From assembly GCA_000092065.1 (NCBI GenBank), contig CP000583.1: a stretch of DNA of 64,000 nucleotides; one strand, given 5' to 3'. The stretch is from Ostreococcus lucimarinus (Eukaryota). The position numbers and the translations under genes were made by a program. The first letter of the stretch is position 1. Each line of letters starts with the position of its first letter. Below, piece by piece: positions 9,438 through 20,634 of this stretch. A model generated the notes under the pieces. It did not search any database, was not told where the DNA came from, and worked only from the letters and a program-made list of their open reading frames with translations.

Positions 9438-11356
9438 GCGTGGGTTTTCGTGGACACGCGCGCGAATGCGCGTCCGTCGTCGTCGACGGCGCCGGCACAC
9501 GGCGCGCGTCGTGGATGCGCGCGCGATCGACGGCGAGCGATCGCGGGACGGGCGCGACGAGGACGATCGCGCGAGGGCGCGCGCTGCGGCGCGCGCTGGC
9601 GCGCGCGGGGGGGGGGGGACGCGAAACGACCGCGGCGGGACGGCGCGACGGACGCGACGGCGTCGCGGGCGACGGGACGCGCAGGGCGGGGACGGCGCGC
9701 GCGCGGGCGGATTTCGAGAGCGCGGCGGAGACGGCGGCGGCGCGGGCGCGGCGCGCGAGGGTCGGGCGAGGCGGAGGGATGCGATTTTTCGCGGGACGGG
9801 TGGACGCGAGGCGCGGCGGAGGACTCGAGGGGGCGACGATCGGCGAGGTGCGGTGCACGGCGAAGGAGAGGGAGGTGTTCGACACGCTGTTGGCGGTGGT
9901 GGAACACTTTAAGCTGGACGTGACGCTTCGCGTGGCGGGGGGGTGGGTTCGGGATAAGCTCGTCGGACGCGAGAGCGACGACATCGACGTGGCGCTGGAT
10001 ACGATGTTGGGGAAAGAGTTCGCGGAGAAGGTGAACGCGTACTTGGAGGCGCAGGGGATGGAGACGAAGGGGATCGGAGTGATTCAGAGCAATCCTGAGC
10101 AGAGTAAGCACTTGGAGACGGCGACGATGCGCGTGCGAGACGTGTGGTTGGATTTAGTAAACTTGCGCTCGGAAAACTATTCCGAGGACAGTAGGATTCC
10201 GGAGATGCAGTTCGGCACGGCCAAGGACGACGCGTTCAGGCGGGATTTGACCATCAACGCCTTGTTTTACAACATTAACGAGAAAAAAGTGGAGGATTTC
10301 ACCGAGCGCGGGATTGAGGATTTGAGTCGCGGCGTCGTGCGCACGCCGCTCCCGCCGCGAACGACGTTTTTGGACGATCCGTTGCGGATTTTGCGCGCCG
10401 TTCGCTTCGCCGCGCGATTCGGTTTCGATGTGGACGAAGAGATCGGGGCGAGCGCGAGTGATCCGGACGTGCAACACGCATTGAAGCATAAAGTGAGTCG
10501 AGAGCGTTTTGGAAAGGAAGTCTTGGGGATGCTCAAAGGACGCTCTCCCGCGGACGCGGTGGCGCTCATGGCGGCGTTCAAGATTTCCCCGATCGTCTTA
10601 CAGGTTCCCACGCAAAGCGTTGTGGATGCCGTCACGGACGCGGCGGACCGCTTGTCACAATACTCCACGAGATGCGTCGAAGGCGCGCTCGAAGAAATCG
10701 CATCAACCGACGCTTGGATGGACGAAGAGAAGCGGGTGTGGTTGTATCTCGCCTCGTGGTTGTTGCCGTACCGCGAATTGCAGTCGGACGGAAAGAAAGG
10801 AAAGAAGGTTCCCGCGGTGGGCGACATCATCAGTAACGCACTCAAGCTCCGCTCGAAAGATGCGGAAACGACGGTGCACGTGCATGAATCGATGGCTCTC
10901 GCAAAAACCTTGTTGACGAACAAAGACTTTACTCGGCTTGAGGGCGGCTTAGCGCTGCGAAAGATGGGTGAGACGTGGCGTCTTGCCGTGCTCTTAGAAG
11001 CTTTATGCGCCGTCGTGCCCGGCATGAGCGATGCCGAGGTCCCGACTTGGGCAGGCGAATACGCGTTCGAACCGGACGCCGCGCCTGCGGATGTGCGCGA
11101 GCGCGTCGCCGCGGGCGTGAAAGCCGCCGTAAGTAAATTTGAGGCGGTCGAGCAGCGAGTTGCATCGCTCGAATTGAACGAGTGTTGGGAGACTAAGCCA
11201 CCAGTCACCGGACAAGACGTCATGGCGGCGTTGAACATGACGAAAGGAGGTCCAGAGTTGAAAAAGTGGATCGATAAATCCGTGGAGTGGGCGCTAGAAA
11301 ATCCAAACATCACGAAGGAGGAGTGCGTGGAGAAGATAAAGCAGGGCGGGCATTAA
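9392..11356 (+). CDS. CCA1: CCA tRNA nucleotidyltransferase (class II). The start is uncertain: 9392, 9515 or 9779.
   Basis: GGWVRDKLVGRESDDIDVALDTMLG...RDLTINALFYN...DPLRILRAVRFAARFGFDVDEEI is the polymerase-beta-like head and neck of eukaryotic CCA-adding enzymes. The R/A-rich N-terminus may be an organelle targeting peptide. Confidence 0.75.
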   Translation: MRGWFRSMRCVGKQCGVGFRGHARECASVVVDGAGTRRASWMRARSTASDRGTGATRTIARGRALRRALARAGGGGRETTAAGRRDGRDGVAGDGTRRAGTARARADFESAAETAAARARRARVGRGGGMRFFAGRVDARRGGGLEGATIGEVRCTAKEREVFDTLLAVVEHFKLDVTLRVAGGWVRDKLVGRESDDIDVALDTMLGKEFAEKVNAYLEAQGMETKGIGVIQSNPEQSKHLETATMRVRDVWLDLVNLRSENYSEDSRIPEMQFGTAKDDAFRRDLTINALFYNINEKKVEDFTERGIEDLSRGVVRTPLPPRTTFLDDPLRILRAVRFAARFGFDVDEEIGASASDPDVQHALKHKVSRERFGKEVLGMLKGRSPADAVALMAAFKISPIVLQVPTQSVVDAVTDAADRLSQYSTRCVEGALEEIASTDAWMDEEKRVWLYLASWLLPYRELQSDGKKGKKVPAVGDIISNALKLRSKDAETTVHVHESMALAKTLLTNKDFTRLEGGLALRKMGETWRLAVLLEALCAVVPGMSDAEVPTWAGEYAFEPDAAPADVRERVAAGVKAAVSKFEAVEQRVASLELNECWETKPPVTGQDVMAALNMTKGGPELKKWIDKSVEWALENPNITKEECVEKIKQGGH

Positions 11357-11417
11357 TAAACACAACACAATTGTATGATACACAAATGATACATAAATTT
11401 GACTACGTTTGCTAATC

Positions 11418-13568
11418 TCAAAACCAAGGCTCGTCGAACGGCGTCGCCTTGACGACAATATTTGCCTCGGCGGGGACCGCCAATTTCCCTGGATGTCTAA
11501 GCATGACGAACACTTTCGTTTTGCCGCGACTAAAGTTTTCAGTGAGCATTTTCACTGCGTTGGCCTGAATCAAACCGGACGCTAGACCGACAGATGCCGC
11601 TGGTGCGGATACAGAAGTAATATGCCCGATGGTGTCGCCGAAGACGTCGCCGAGGTTCACGTCGCTTCGATGCTCCGAGCGAAGCGCTTTGTCCTTCTTC
11701 GACCATTGCGAGAACATACCCGACACCGTCCGATCACGACGGCGCGTCGTGTCGTCCGTCTTTTTGACACACCAAGCGTCGCGTTGTGCTTCGTTGGGGA
11801 AGAAGATCTCCGCACCGAGCGTCGGTTGACCAGACCACGGACATCGCAGGGCGACGCGAACCATCGCGTCGCGCGGATGCGAATCGCGTTCCAACTTCTC
11901 ATCGCGCACTCGAAGCACATTTCTCACCTTTACGAACGGCTCGGCGTGTCGCACGAGCGCTAAATCGCACTGAGAAACCTTGCTTTTTGGTTTCGCTCGA
12001 ATGTCGTCGAGAATATCGTCGAAAATCTCCAGACGCTTGTCCGCTCCAGCTTGGGTGTCGAGGTAATCGTCCGGGAATAGGGCGCGCGCAAAACGTTGCG
12101 CACACCACGACCATTCAGTGATTCCCACCGGACGTGCGCCGGTTTGGCACACGCCGTGCCAAACGGGAAGCATCCAAGACGAAGAAACGATCAGAGTGTA
12201 CCCTTCTATCGCTGTCACACCTCGATTGATGAGCGTCGCCGAGTATGATTTGACACCGACGGCGGCCGTTTCCTCCCATGGTCGCTCGAGCGCAGCCGCG
12301 CGCGATGCGCGTCGACTTTCGTCGTACTCGGCTTGCGTCGGCGCAACTTCCGTCGGCACCCGCATTTCACTCGAATCGGTTTGAACGCCCCAAGCAGCCG
12401 CACGAGCGTCTGGACAAACGATTCGACGGATGCCTCGGGTAGTATGCGCGCTCGAGTAAAAATCTAAATCCGGAGCCAGTTTCTGCACAATCTCGAAAGC
12501 TTTAGCACCGATGATTTCGATGCGCGCGAATGCGTCACTTTCTTCCACTTCTACGTCAGCTTTCGTGTTTGTCGCGACTCGCACCGCGACGGCGTCACGA
12601 AACGCTTCTGACGCCGACTCTTTCGCGCTCGGGTGCACCCAAACGTGCGCCTCGGCGACGCTCAACGTCTCCTCTCTCGGCGTACAGTACACCAGCGCCG
12701 GACAAATCACGCGACGTTTTGAATCCACAACGTGAATCGCAATCGCGCGTTCTCCGTCCTTGAACGCGCGCAAGTTTAGCGCTTTCTTTTCAGCCGCCGT
12801 CTTTGCTAAAACTTTGTGCACGTCGGTTCGGGCGCCCTTCACGACGAAACACGCGTTGTACGAGGAATCGTGGGCGAGCGCGGCTTGCGATATCGAACGC
12901 ATGATGAATCGCCAACCTCGACCTCGCCCCGGTCTCGCGGCGGGGACGACCCATCCCCACCCGCGAGGCTTTCGCATCGCGAACCTGCGAGCGCGCGCGC
13001 CGTCAGTCATCTCTCCAACATTTCGCCTCGTCTTCAAAAATCGAGCTTCCAAACGCCTCAGTCGATGTACCGTGCGGTAACTCTATACGCTCGTCTCCAG
13101 CGAACGCCGAAACGTTCTCGGATTGGCTGGGCGCGTGATTTCGTCATCACCGGCGTCTCTCGCGTTCGCGCGCGTCGCCTCGCGTCACCCTCCCCACCTC
13201 TTCGCGTGCCACGCGTGCGCGCGCAGCGCCTTCACCGCCGTCCCGCCTCCCGCGCGCGTCCTCGCCGCGTTCAGACGCCCTCGTCGCCGCGCGCGTCGTC
13301 GACATCCCTCCGTCGTCGCGTCCTCGCCCGCCGCCGCCGCGCGTCGCCGTTTCAAATTCGGCCTTCGCCGCGTCGCTCGCGGCGCGTGCGACGTCGCCCG
13401 TCTTCGCGCGTGTCTCGCCAGCGTCTCCACGCCCAGCGCGCGTCGTCCCTCGATCGCGCGCGTCGTCGCGCGCAGCTCGCGCGCGCGCGCCGCGACGAAA
13501 TCCCACACGCGCACGTAACGCGGCGTCGCGCTCGCGTCGCGCGCGTCGGCGACGACGACGACGTCCAT
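11418..13568 (-). CDS. POP1: RNase P/MRP protein subunit POP1. Two exons: join(13198..13568,11418..12984).
   Basis: Exon 1 reads ...LARHARRRATSHAPRATRRRPNL...ALRAHAWHAKR (human ...[21 protein letters not shown]...LETHIWHAKRFHM). Its donor is AG|GTGGGG at 13196-13197. Exon 2 follows a CTGAC...CGCAG| acceptor and reads (R)FAMRKPRGWGWVVPAARPG (human FHMVKKWGYCLGERP). A POPLD-like region is downstream. The splice restores the POP1 signature across two ORF-track frames. The track implies the start ATG is at 13566-13568, but my own base count puts it at 13565-13567. That is a ±1 uncertainty. Confidence 0.7.
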
Positions 13569-13907
13569 CGCGGCGCGACGTCCGGCGCCGGCGATTCGAC
13601 GGCGCCGCGCCGCGCGGTCGGTCGGTTCGCTTCAATACGACGCTCGATGGGACGGGCGTTTCGAGATCGTGGCCGCGTGACTGTTTGCGCACACGGAAAA
13701 GCGCGCGGGCCGGCGGCGTCGCCGGATCGATCGCTCGATCGCGTCGGCGTCGGCGGCTCGGCGGCGCGCGCGGCATCGCGCGACGCGCCGTCGGTCGTCG
13801 GAGGCGCGAAGGCGTGGACGCTCGACGCGCGGGACGCGACGTCGATCGGCGACGCGGCGCGGCGACGCGTTCGACGCGAGACGACGACGACGCGGGACGA
13901 CGGGACG

Positions 13908-16900
13908 ATGGCGCGCGAGGGCGCGATGGACGACGCGGCGACGGCGACGGCGACGGCGCTGATGGAGAGGGCGACGATCGATCCGGAGAAGGCGGCGAAG
14001 AAGGCGGCGAAGCTGGCGGAGAAGGAGGCGAAGAGGGCGAAGGCGGCGGCGAAGGCGGCGAAGGCGGCGGAGGAAAAGGCGAAGAGGGACGCGGGCGGCG
14101 GCGGCGAGGGCAAGGCGAAGAGGGAGAAGAAGGCGAGCGGGCCGAGCGAGGAGGACGTGCGAGCGCTGGAGAGCGCGCTGAAAACGCCGAGGGGGGAGAT
14201 GAAGGATTTGGTGGGGACGCCGATGGCGAAGTCGTATAATCCGGTGGCGGTGGAGGCGGCGTGGTACGACTGGTGGGAACGGTGCGGGATGTTTACGCCG
14301 ACGATGGGGACGAATAAGCCAAAGTTTGTCATCGTGATTCCGCCGCCGAACGTCACGGGTGCGTTGCACATTGGACACGCGCTGACGAACGCTATTCAAG
14401 ACACCATCGTGCGGTGGCGACGAATGCAGGGATATGAAGCGCTGTGGGTTCCGGGGACGGATCACGCGGGCATCGCGACGCAAACCGTGGTGGAGAAGAA
14501 ATTGCAGCGCGAGGAAGGCGTCACGAGGCACGATCTCGGGCGAGAAAAGTTCCTCGAGCGCGTGTTCGAGTGGAAAGACGTGTATGGGGGCAAGATCTGC
14601 AATCAGCTTCGCCGAATCGGCTCTTCTATGGACTGGACTCGAGAGGCGTTCACGATGGATGAAAAGTTGAGCAAAGCCGTCAAGGAAGCCTTCGTGCGCA
14701 TGTTCGACGAAGGTTTGATTTATCGCGACAATAGATTGGTGAACTGGAGTTGTCAGTTGAAGACTGCGATCAGTGATATCGAGGTGGATTACATCGAGCT
14801 CGATGGGCCGACGATGCTCGCGGTGCCGGGGCACACCAAAAAGGTGGAGTTCGGCGTCATCACATCCTTTGCGTACCCGTTCGAAGACGGGCAAGGCGAA
14901 GTTGTCGTGGCGACGACGCGTATTGAGACCATGCTTGGTGACACCGCTGTTGCGGTGCACCCCGAAGACGAACGCTACAAGAGCTTACACGGAAAATTCG
15001 TTCTTCACCCGTTCAACGGTCGTCGTATTCCCATCATTTGCGACGCCGAACTTGTCGACATGGAATTCGGTACAGGTTGCGTGAAGATCACCCCAGCCCA
15101 CGATCCGAACGATTTCAACACCGGTAAGCGTCACGATCTTGAGTTTATCAACGTATTCACCGAGGAAGGATTGGTGAACGAGCAAGGCGGCGAGCAATTC
15201 CAGGGCATGAAGCGCTTTGAGTGCCGCGTCGCCATCACGGAGGCGCTCGACAAGCTTGGTCTTTACCGGGGCAAGGCGAACAACCCGATGCGTTTGGGTC
15301 TTTGTAGCCGTAGTAAGGATGTCATCGAACCGATGCTCAAGCCGCAGTGGTGGGTCAATTGCCAAGACATGGCAAAGGAGGCGTGCGATGCCGCTCGCGA
15401 CAAGCGACTTGAAATTCTCCCTACTTTCATGGAACCGACGTGGTTCAGATGGTTGGAGAACATTCGTGACTGGTGCATCTCCCGTCAACTTTGGTGGGGT
15501 CATCGTATTCCAGCCTTCTACGTTCGTTTCGCCGGCGAAGGTGACGACGACTGTGGGATGCCAGGCGGTAGCTCTGAGAAGATGGATCGATGGGTCATCG
15601 GTCGTGACGCCGATGAAGCGCGCGTTTCGGCCGAGAAGAAGTTCCCGGGTCGAGAATTCACACTCGAACAAGACGAAGACGTGCTCGACACTTGGTTCTC
15701 GTCCGGTTTGTTTCCGTTTTCCGTCTTTGGCTGGCCCGACGAGACACCGGATTTGGCCGAGTTTTACCCAACGTCCCTCCTCGAAACTGGACACGACATT
15801 TTGTTCTTCTGGGTCGCTCGTATGGTAATGATGGGCATGAAATTGACTGGTAAGGTGCCGTTCAAACAAGTGTACCTGCACGCCATGGTTCGTGACGCGC
15901 ATGGTCGTAAAATGTCAAAGTCTCTCGGTAACGTCATCGATCCTCTCCATGTCATTGAAGGTATCGACTTGGCCGCCCTCAACGAGACTCTCGTCGGCGG
16001 TAACCTCGACGAGAAGGAACGCAAAAAGGCGCAAGCGGGTCAAAAGGCTGACTTCCCCGATGGCATTCCAGAATGTGGGACCGATGCTATGCGCTTCGCG
16101 CTCGTGTCTTACACCGCTCAAGGTCGTGACATCAACCTGGACGTTCTCCGTGTCGTTTCGTACCGCCACTGGTGTAATAAGCTTTGGAACGCGACTAAGT
16201 TTGCGATGATGAATTTGGGTGACGAATACGTGCCGCCGGCCGATTTCAACGCTACTTTCGATGTACAAAGTCTTCCGCTCGCGGCCAAGTGGGTTCTCAG
16301 CCGCTTGAATGCAACATGCGCGTCGACAAACGCGGGTATGGAAGTGTACGATTTTAACACCGCCACGAACTCTGTGTACGCGTTCTGGCAATACGAACTC
16401 TGTGACGTTTACATCGAGATCATCAAGCCTGTTATGAGTGGATCGGATGAAATGGCGAAGAAACAACTGCGAGATGCGCTTTGGATTTGCCTCGACGCTG
16501 GTTTGAGACTTCTCCACCCGTTCATGCCCTTCGTCACCGAAGAGCTCTGGCAGCGACTTCCGCGCACTCGCAATGAGAACACACCGAAGAGTATTATGAT
16601 TGCTGAGTACCCAGTCGCGGTCGATTCTTGGGCCAACGCCACGGCTGAGTCGCAGATGCAAATCATAATGGACTCTGTTAAGGCGTTCCGATCGTTGAAG
16701 TCCAACTACAACCTTCCTCCCAGAGCGAGACCGGATGTTTTCTACAGTGTCAAGACGGATGACAGCGAAGCGGCGATGAAGATTGATCCAGAAGGTTTGG
16801 TCTCTCTCGCGGGCGTCGGTGAGTTGAAACAGCTGGCTCAAGGTGAATCTGCGCCGCCGGGTTGCGCGGTGAGCATCGTGAACGAGTCCGTGACGGTCTA

Positions 16901-17132
16901 TGTTCTCTTGAAGGGAATCGTCGACGCCGCGACGGAAATTGCCAAGCTCGATAAGAAGCTTGATTTGCTCACCAAATCGACAGAAGCGCTCGTCAAAAAG
17001 ACGCAAGAAGATGGCTACGAGACCAAGGTTCCGGAGAAGGTTCGCAACGAAAACGCCGACAAGATCGCTAAGCAAGCTGAAGAAATTGATTCCATCAAGG
17101 CCGCACGTGCGGACTTTGAAGCGTTGCTGTAG
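13908..17132 (+). CDS. VARS: Valyl-tRNA synthetase (class I, HIGH/KMSKS). A Lys/Ala-rich N-terminal appendage is present, and an upstream start is possible.
   Basis: PPPNVTGALHIGHAL (HIGH), KMSKSLGN, and the anticodon-binding and C-terminal coiled-coil regions are present. The N-terminal KAAKKAAKLAEKEAKRAKAAAKAAKAAEEKAKR is an EF1Bγ-like lysine-rich appendage typical of eukaryotic ValRS. The 1438-aa track ORF includes 5' read-through that overlaps POP1 exon 1 on the other strand. Confidence 0.85.
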   Translation: MAREGAMDDAATATATALMERATIDPEKAAKKAAKLAEKEAKRAKAAAKAAKAAEEKAKRDAGGGGEGKAKREKKASGPSEEDVRALESALKTPRGEMKDLVGTPMAKSYNPVAVEAAWYDWWERCGMFTPTMGTNKPKFVIVIPPPNVTGALHIGHALTNAIQDTIVRWRRMQGYEALWVPGTDHAGIATQTVVEKKLQREEGVTRHDLGREKFLERVFEWKDVYGGKICNQLRRIGSSMDWTREAFTMDEKLSKAVKEAFVRMFDEGLIYRDNRLVNWSCQLKTAISDIEVDYIELDGPTMLAVPGHTKKVEFGVITSFAYPFEDGQGEVVVATTRIETMLGDTAVAVHPEDERYKSLHGKFVLHPFNGRRIPIICDAELVDMEFGTGCVKITPAHDPNDFNTGKRHDLEFINVFTEEGLVNEQGGEQFQGMKRFECRVAITEALDKLGLYRGKANNPMRLGLCSRSKDVIEPMLKPQWWVNCQDMAKEACDAARDKRLEILPTFMEPTWFRWLENIRDWCISRQLWWGHRIPAFYVRFAGEGDDDCGMPGGSSEKMDRWVIGRDADEARVSAEKKFPGREFTLEQDEDVLDTWFSSGLFPFSVFGWPDETPDLAEFYPTSLLETGHDILFFWVARMVMMGMKLTGKVPFKQVYLHAMVRDAHGRKMSKSLGNVIDPLHVIEGIDLAALNETLVGGNLDEKERKKAQAGQKADFPDGIPECGTDAMRFALVSYTAQGRDINLDVLRVVSYRHWCNKLWNATKFAMMNLGDEYVPPADFNATFDVQSLPLAAKWVLSRLNATCASTNAGMEVYDFNTATNSVYAFWQYELCDVYIEIIKPVMSGSDEMAKKQLRDALWICLDAGLRLLHPFMPFVTEELWQRLPRTRNENTPKSIMIAEYPVAVDSWANATAESQMQIIMDSVKAFRSLKSNYNLPPRARPDVFYSVKTDDSEAAMKIDPEGLVSLAGVGELKQLAQGESAPPGCAVSIVNESVTVYVLLKGIVDAATEIAKLDKKLDLLTKSTEALVKKTQEDGYETKVPEKVRNENADKIAKQAEEIDSIKAARADFEALL

Positions 17133-17190
17133 ACAAAAATTATTCAATACATATGCATAATATAACAACGGACTAATATTGGTATAGACT

Positions 17191-18843
17191 TCACAGCCTG
17201 TGTAGAGTCTGCTCTTTCGTTTGCGGGCTACGCGGTGAAGTCGCTCGCGCCGACTGGGAGCTCACGGCGTCGTACGCGTCGATGCCCGGCGACACCGTGG
17301 GCTTCACGTTCACGTGAACTCGCGTGCCAGACAAAGTTCTGCTCACACCTGGGCTGAGATTAGTTCTTTCGCTCGCGGGAGACACATTTTCTGACATTGG
17401 AAACGAAGCGGACGTGCGCTTGATCTCCTCCAATTTTTTGCGCAACTCTTCTCGCTCTCGCGCTTTTTGTAGGGAATCGACGCGTGTTGTTTCTGCTTTC
17501 GACTCTCGCTGAGACTTTTCGCGCTGCATCTTCTGCAACTCTCGCCAACGTCGAGCAGCTTCGGTACGCATACGATTTTCTGCCTCAGTGGCTTCCTGTT
17601 TGGCTTTTTGTACGAACGCGGCGTTCACTTCGGACTGATTATCTCGCGCCTCAGCTTCAGCGGAGCGTCGGCCAGCTTGGTAGCTTTCGTACGCGGCGTT
17701 ATTGTTCGGTGGAGACGTCGAGTATGTCTGCGTGCTCGAACTCGTCGCGCGAGTCCACTGCCTCGTCATCGACGGCTGCGCGCGAGTGAACGCCTTGTTG
17801 GGTTTGCCCATATTTTCCCAAACCTTTCGACACGCTTGCAGGAGTTTGAAGGTTTCCTCGCAACGCGCGTTGTCCTCTAACGTTCCTCCGCGCGCCGCGG
17901 AGCGATCGGGATGAAACTTCAATAAAGCCTTTTTGTACGAAGTTTCGATGTTCTTACCGTCCTCGTGCGTTCCCAACCGCAGCAATAACGTCGCCAAATC
18001 GCCGTTTTCCGCTATGAAATACAACCCCTCCGACTTGAGCGCCGTCTGCGCCGAGACGCGATATTCATTCAGTGAATCCGCTTCCTTGGCGCGATCTTCA
18101 GCCTCTTGCCTAAACGTCTGAGAGCGTTCCATCATGCGTCTCTCCTTTCTCGCCGCTTGCTTCAGTCGCCGCGCCTCCTCGCGCTGCTTCGCCAGCTCCT
18201 CGGCGCGTCGTTCCCACTCAATCTTATTCGCCTCCGCGCGAGCTTTGGCGCGCTCGTCGTCCGCGGCGTTTAAAGCGCTCGTGGCCTCCGACACTTGTTC
18301 GGCGACAAAGTACATCTTTTCCTTCGTCTCCGCGGAGTCACTCTCGTCCTCGGCCGCGGATCCGGACTCGTCCCCCCGCGACGTCTCCGCCGCGACGTCC
18401 CCGCCCGTCTTCGCCGTCCCGTTCTCCTTACTCGCGAACGTCGCGGGCGCGCTCCCGAATCTCTCGCTCGCTCCCTCGCCGTCGTCCCCATCGCCGCGCG
18501 TCTCGCTCTCGTCCACGAACGCGTCCTCCATCTCGTCGTCCATCCCCGCGAACGCCGACTCGGCTTCCTCGCCGTCGCGCGCCTCGCCGTCCGCCTCGCC
18601 GCCGCCCGCCGCGCTCGCGCTCTCCCCCAAATCCATCGGCGCCGCGCTCGCCGTCCCCGTCGTCGTCTCCGAGCGCGCGCTCGCCGCGCGTCTCGCCCTC
18701 GACGCCGTCGCCGACGTCTCGTTCGCATCCTTTCGCGTCGTCGCGCGCCGTCCCAACGACGCGCTCGCGCGTCCGAGCGCGCATCCGAGCGCGAACCACA
18801 GCGCGCACGCGAGCCTGAACACGAAACGATGGACGTCCGCCAT
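17191..18843 (-). CDS. J-domain (DnaJ-like) protein with an N-terminal signal peptide and a long acidic/coiled-coil region.
   Basis: [28 protein letters not shown] is signal-peptide-like. ...[23 protein letters not shown] is a J-domain with the HPD motif. A true ATG is at 18841-18843. The first 85 aa of the track ORF are read-through. Confidence 0.55.
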   Translation of the reverse strand: MADVHRFVFRLACALWFALGCALGRASASLGRRATTRKDANETSATASRARRAASARSETTTGTASAAPMDLGESASAAGGGEADGEARDGEEAESAFAGMDDEMEDAFVDESETRGDGDDGEGASERFGSAPATFASKENGTAKTGGDVAAETSRGDESGSAAEDESDSAETKEKMYFVAEQVSEATSALNAADDERAKARAEANKIEWERRAEELAKQREEARRLKQAARKERRMMERSQTFRQEAEDRAKEADSLNEYRVSAQTALKSEGLYFIAENGDLATLLLRLGTHEDGKNIETSYKKALLKFHPDRSAARGGTLEDNARCEETFKLLQACRKVWENMGKPNKAFTRAQPSMTRQWTRATSSSTQTYSTSPPNNNAAYESYQAGRRSAEAEARDNQSEVNAAFVQKAKQEATEAENRMRTEAARRWRELQKMQREKSQRESKAETTRVDSLQKAREREELRKKLEEIKRTSASFPMSENVSPASERTNLSPGVSRTLSGTRVHVNVKPTVSPGIDAYDAVSSQSARATSPRSPQTKEQTLHRL

Positions 18844-18982
18844 CGTCGCGCGAACGCCGCGCGCGACGGCGCGGGACGCGAGCGTCGCGCGCGCGCGCGA
18901 GTGACGGTGGCGATCCGTCGCGCGGACGGCCCGTGTGCCGTTGGGCGTCCGACCGACCGCGCATGCTTCACATCCGCCGGAC

Positions 18983-19063
18983 TGTTTGCGCGTACGAAAA
19001 CGCGTCCGGTCGGTCGCATGGACGGTCCGACCGACCGCGCGTTTACACTGTTTGCGCGTACAG
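18983..19063. promoter_or_regulatory. Two copies of ACTGTTTGCGCGTAC (18985-19000 and 19047-19062) in the J-protein(-)/RPT2(+) bidirectional promoter.
   Basis: The first copy is 15 of 15 identical to 833-847. The second copy's 24-mer CGTTTACACTGTTTGCGCGTAC is nearly the reverse complement of 57836-57860. Confidence 0.35.
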
Positions 19064-19223
19064 ACATACGAACACGCCCGCGCCGGCCGTTCGGTCAAAC
19101 GCGCGGGCCGATCTCGCGCGCGCGCGCCACACGGCGACGCGTCTCGACGCGCGACGGCGACGGCGCGAGCGACGGCGCGAGCGACGGCGACGATCGACGC
19201 GCGACGCGCGCGCGCGAGCGAAC

Positions 19224-20555
19224 ATGGGCCAGGGACAGAGCGCGGACGGCGGCGACGGCGCCGACGGACGCCACGGCCGGGGCAAGAAGAAGGAAAAGAA
19301 GAAGTACGTCCCGCCCGCGCCGCCGATGCGCGTGGGAAAGAAGAAGAAGAAGACCGGGATCGAGGGCAGCACGCGATTGCCGAACGTCGCGCCGCAGTCG
19401 AAGTGTAAGCTGCGGATGCTGAAGCTGGAGCGGGTGAAGGATTATTTGCTGATGGAGGAGGAGTTCGTGGGGAATCAGGAGCGGTTGAAGCCGCGAGAGG
19501 AGCGGGACGAGGACGAGCAGAGCAAGATTGACGAGATGCGGGGGGCGCCGATGAGCGTGGGGTCGTTGGAGGAGATCATCGATGACACGCACGGGATCGT
19601 GTCGTCGTCGATCGGGCCGGAGTATTACGTGAACATCGCGTCGTTCGTGGACAAGAGTCAGCTCGAACCGGGGTGCGCGGTGCTGTTGCATCACAAGAAT
19701 TCTGCCGTCGTGGGGACTCTGGCGGACGACGTCGATCCCATGGTGAGCGTGATGAAGGTTGATAAGGCGCCGTTGGAGTCGTACGCCGATGTTGGGGGAT
19801 TAGAGGATCAGATTCAAGAGATCAAGGAAGCCGTGGAGTTGCCGCTGACGCACCCCGAACTGTACGAAGACATCGGCATCAAGCCGCCGAAAGGGGTGAT
19901 CTTGTACGGAGCTCCGGGAACTGGGAAGACGCTGTTAGCTAAGGCGGTGGCGAACTCAACGAGCGCGACTTTTTTGCGCATCGTTGGATCTGAATTGATT
20001 CAAAAATACTTGGGCGACGGCCCGAAGCTCGTGCGCGAGCTCTTCCGCGTCGCCGACGAGATGAGTCCCTCTATCGTTTTCATGGATGAGATCGACGCCG
20101 TCGGTACGAAGCGATACGATTCTCAATCGGGCGGCGAGCGCGAGATCCAACGTACGATGTTAGAGTTACTGAACCAGATGGATGGTTTTGACTCGCGCGG
20201 CGACGTCAAGGTCATCATGGCTACGAATAGAATCGAATCGCTCGACCCCGCGCTCTTACGCCCGGGTCGAATAGATCGAAAGATTGAATTCCCTTTACCG
20301 GACGTCAAGACAAAGCGACACATTTTCAACATTCACACCGGGCGCATGAACCTTTCCGCCGACGTACAGTTGGAGGAATTTGTCATGGCCAAGGACGAAC
20401 TCTCGGGCGCCGACATCAAGGCGCTTTGCACCGAAGCCGGTTTGCTCGCCTTACGTGAGCGCCGAATGCAAGTAACGCACGCCGACTTCAGCAAGGCTAA
20501 AGAAAAGGTTTTGTACAAGAAGAAGGAAGGCGTGCCGGAGGGAATGTTTACGTGA
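19224..20555 (+). CDS. RPT2: 26S proteasome regulatory subunit 4 (RPT2/PSMC1), single exon, 443 aa.
   Basis: [10 protein letters not shown]... begins with an N-myristoylation-type [49 protein letters not shown] and the AAA module [16 protein letters not shown]...[11 protein letters not shown] follow. It is near-identical in pattern to human PSMC1. Confidence 0.9.
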   Translation: MGQGQSADGGDGADGRHGRGKKKEKKKYVPPAPPMRVGKKKKKTGIEGSTRLPNVAPQSKCKLRMLKLERVKDYLLMEEEFVGNQERLKPREERDEDEQSKIDEMRGAPMSVGSLEEIIDDTHGIVSSSIGPEYYVNIASFVDKSQLEPGCAVLLHHKNSAVVGTLADDVDPMVSVMKVDKAPLESYADVGGLEDQIQEIKEAVELPLTHPELYEDIGIKPPKGVILYGAPGTGKTLLAKAVANSTSATFLRIVGSELIQKYLGDGPKLVRELFRVADEMSPSIVFMDEIDAVGTKRYDSQSGGEREIQRTMLELLNQMDGFDSRGDVKVIMATNRIESLDPALLRPGRIDRKIEFPLPDVKTKRHIFNIHTGRMNLSADVQLEEFVMAKDELSGADIKALCTEAGLLALRERRMQVTHADFSKAKEKVLYKKKEGVPEGMFT

Positions 20556-20634
20556 TTAGAACCGTTTTAGGAGCGACGACACCGTGTAGTAGAAACTGCC
20601 AAGCATCACACGCGAGCGCCCGATCGCCCGAATA

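Noticed and set aside
8764-9984. Long ORFs rich in R/A/S/P on the strand opposite to, or in the wrong frame of, real genes. Examples are 8764-9984, 13147-14960, 18134-19422, 29522-30697, 31873-32799 and 57260-58721.
   Set aside because: Their composition is dominated by CGN/GCN codons and they have no recognisable domains. They overlap well-supported genes or GC-rich promoters. They are expected open frames in about 70 % GC DNA, not genes.
13650-13907. An upstream in-frame ATG (MGRAFRDRG...) as an alternative ValRS start.
   Set aside because: It would place the ValRS start about 80 bp from POP1 exon 1 on the opposite strand, and the peptide is R-rich read-through. The ATG at 13908, which opens the lysine-rich appendage, is more plausible. 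A transit-peptide extension cannot be excluded.
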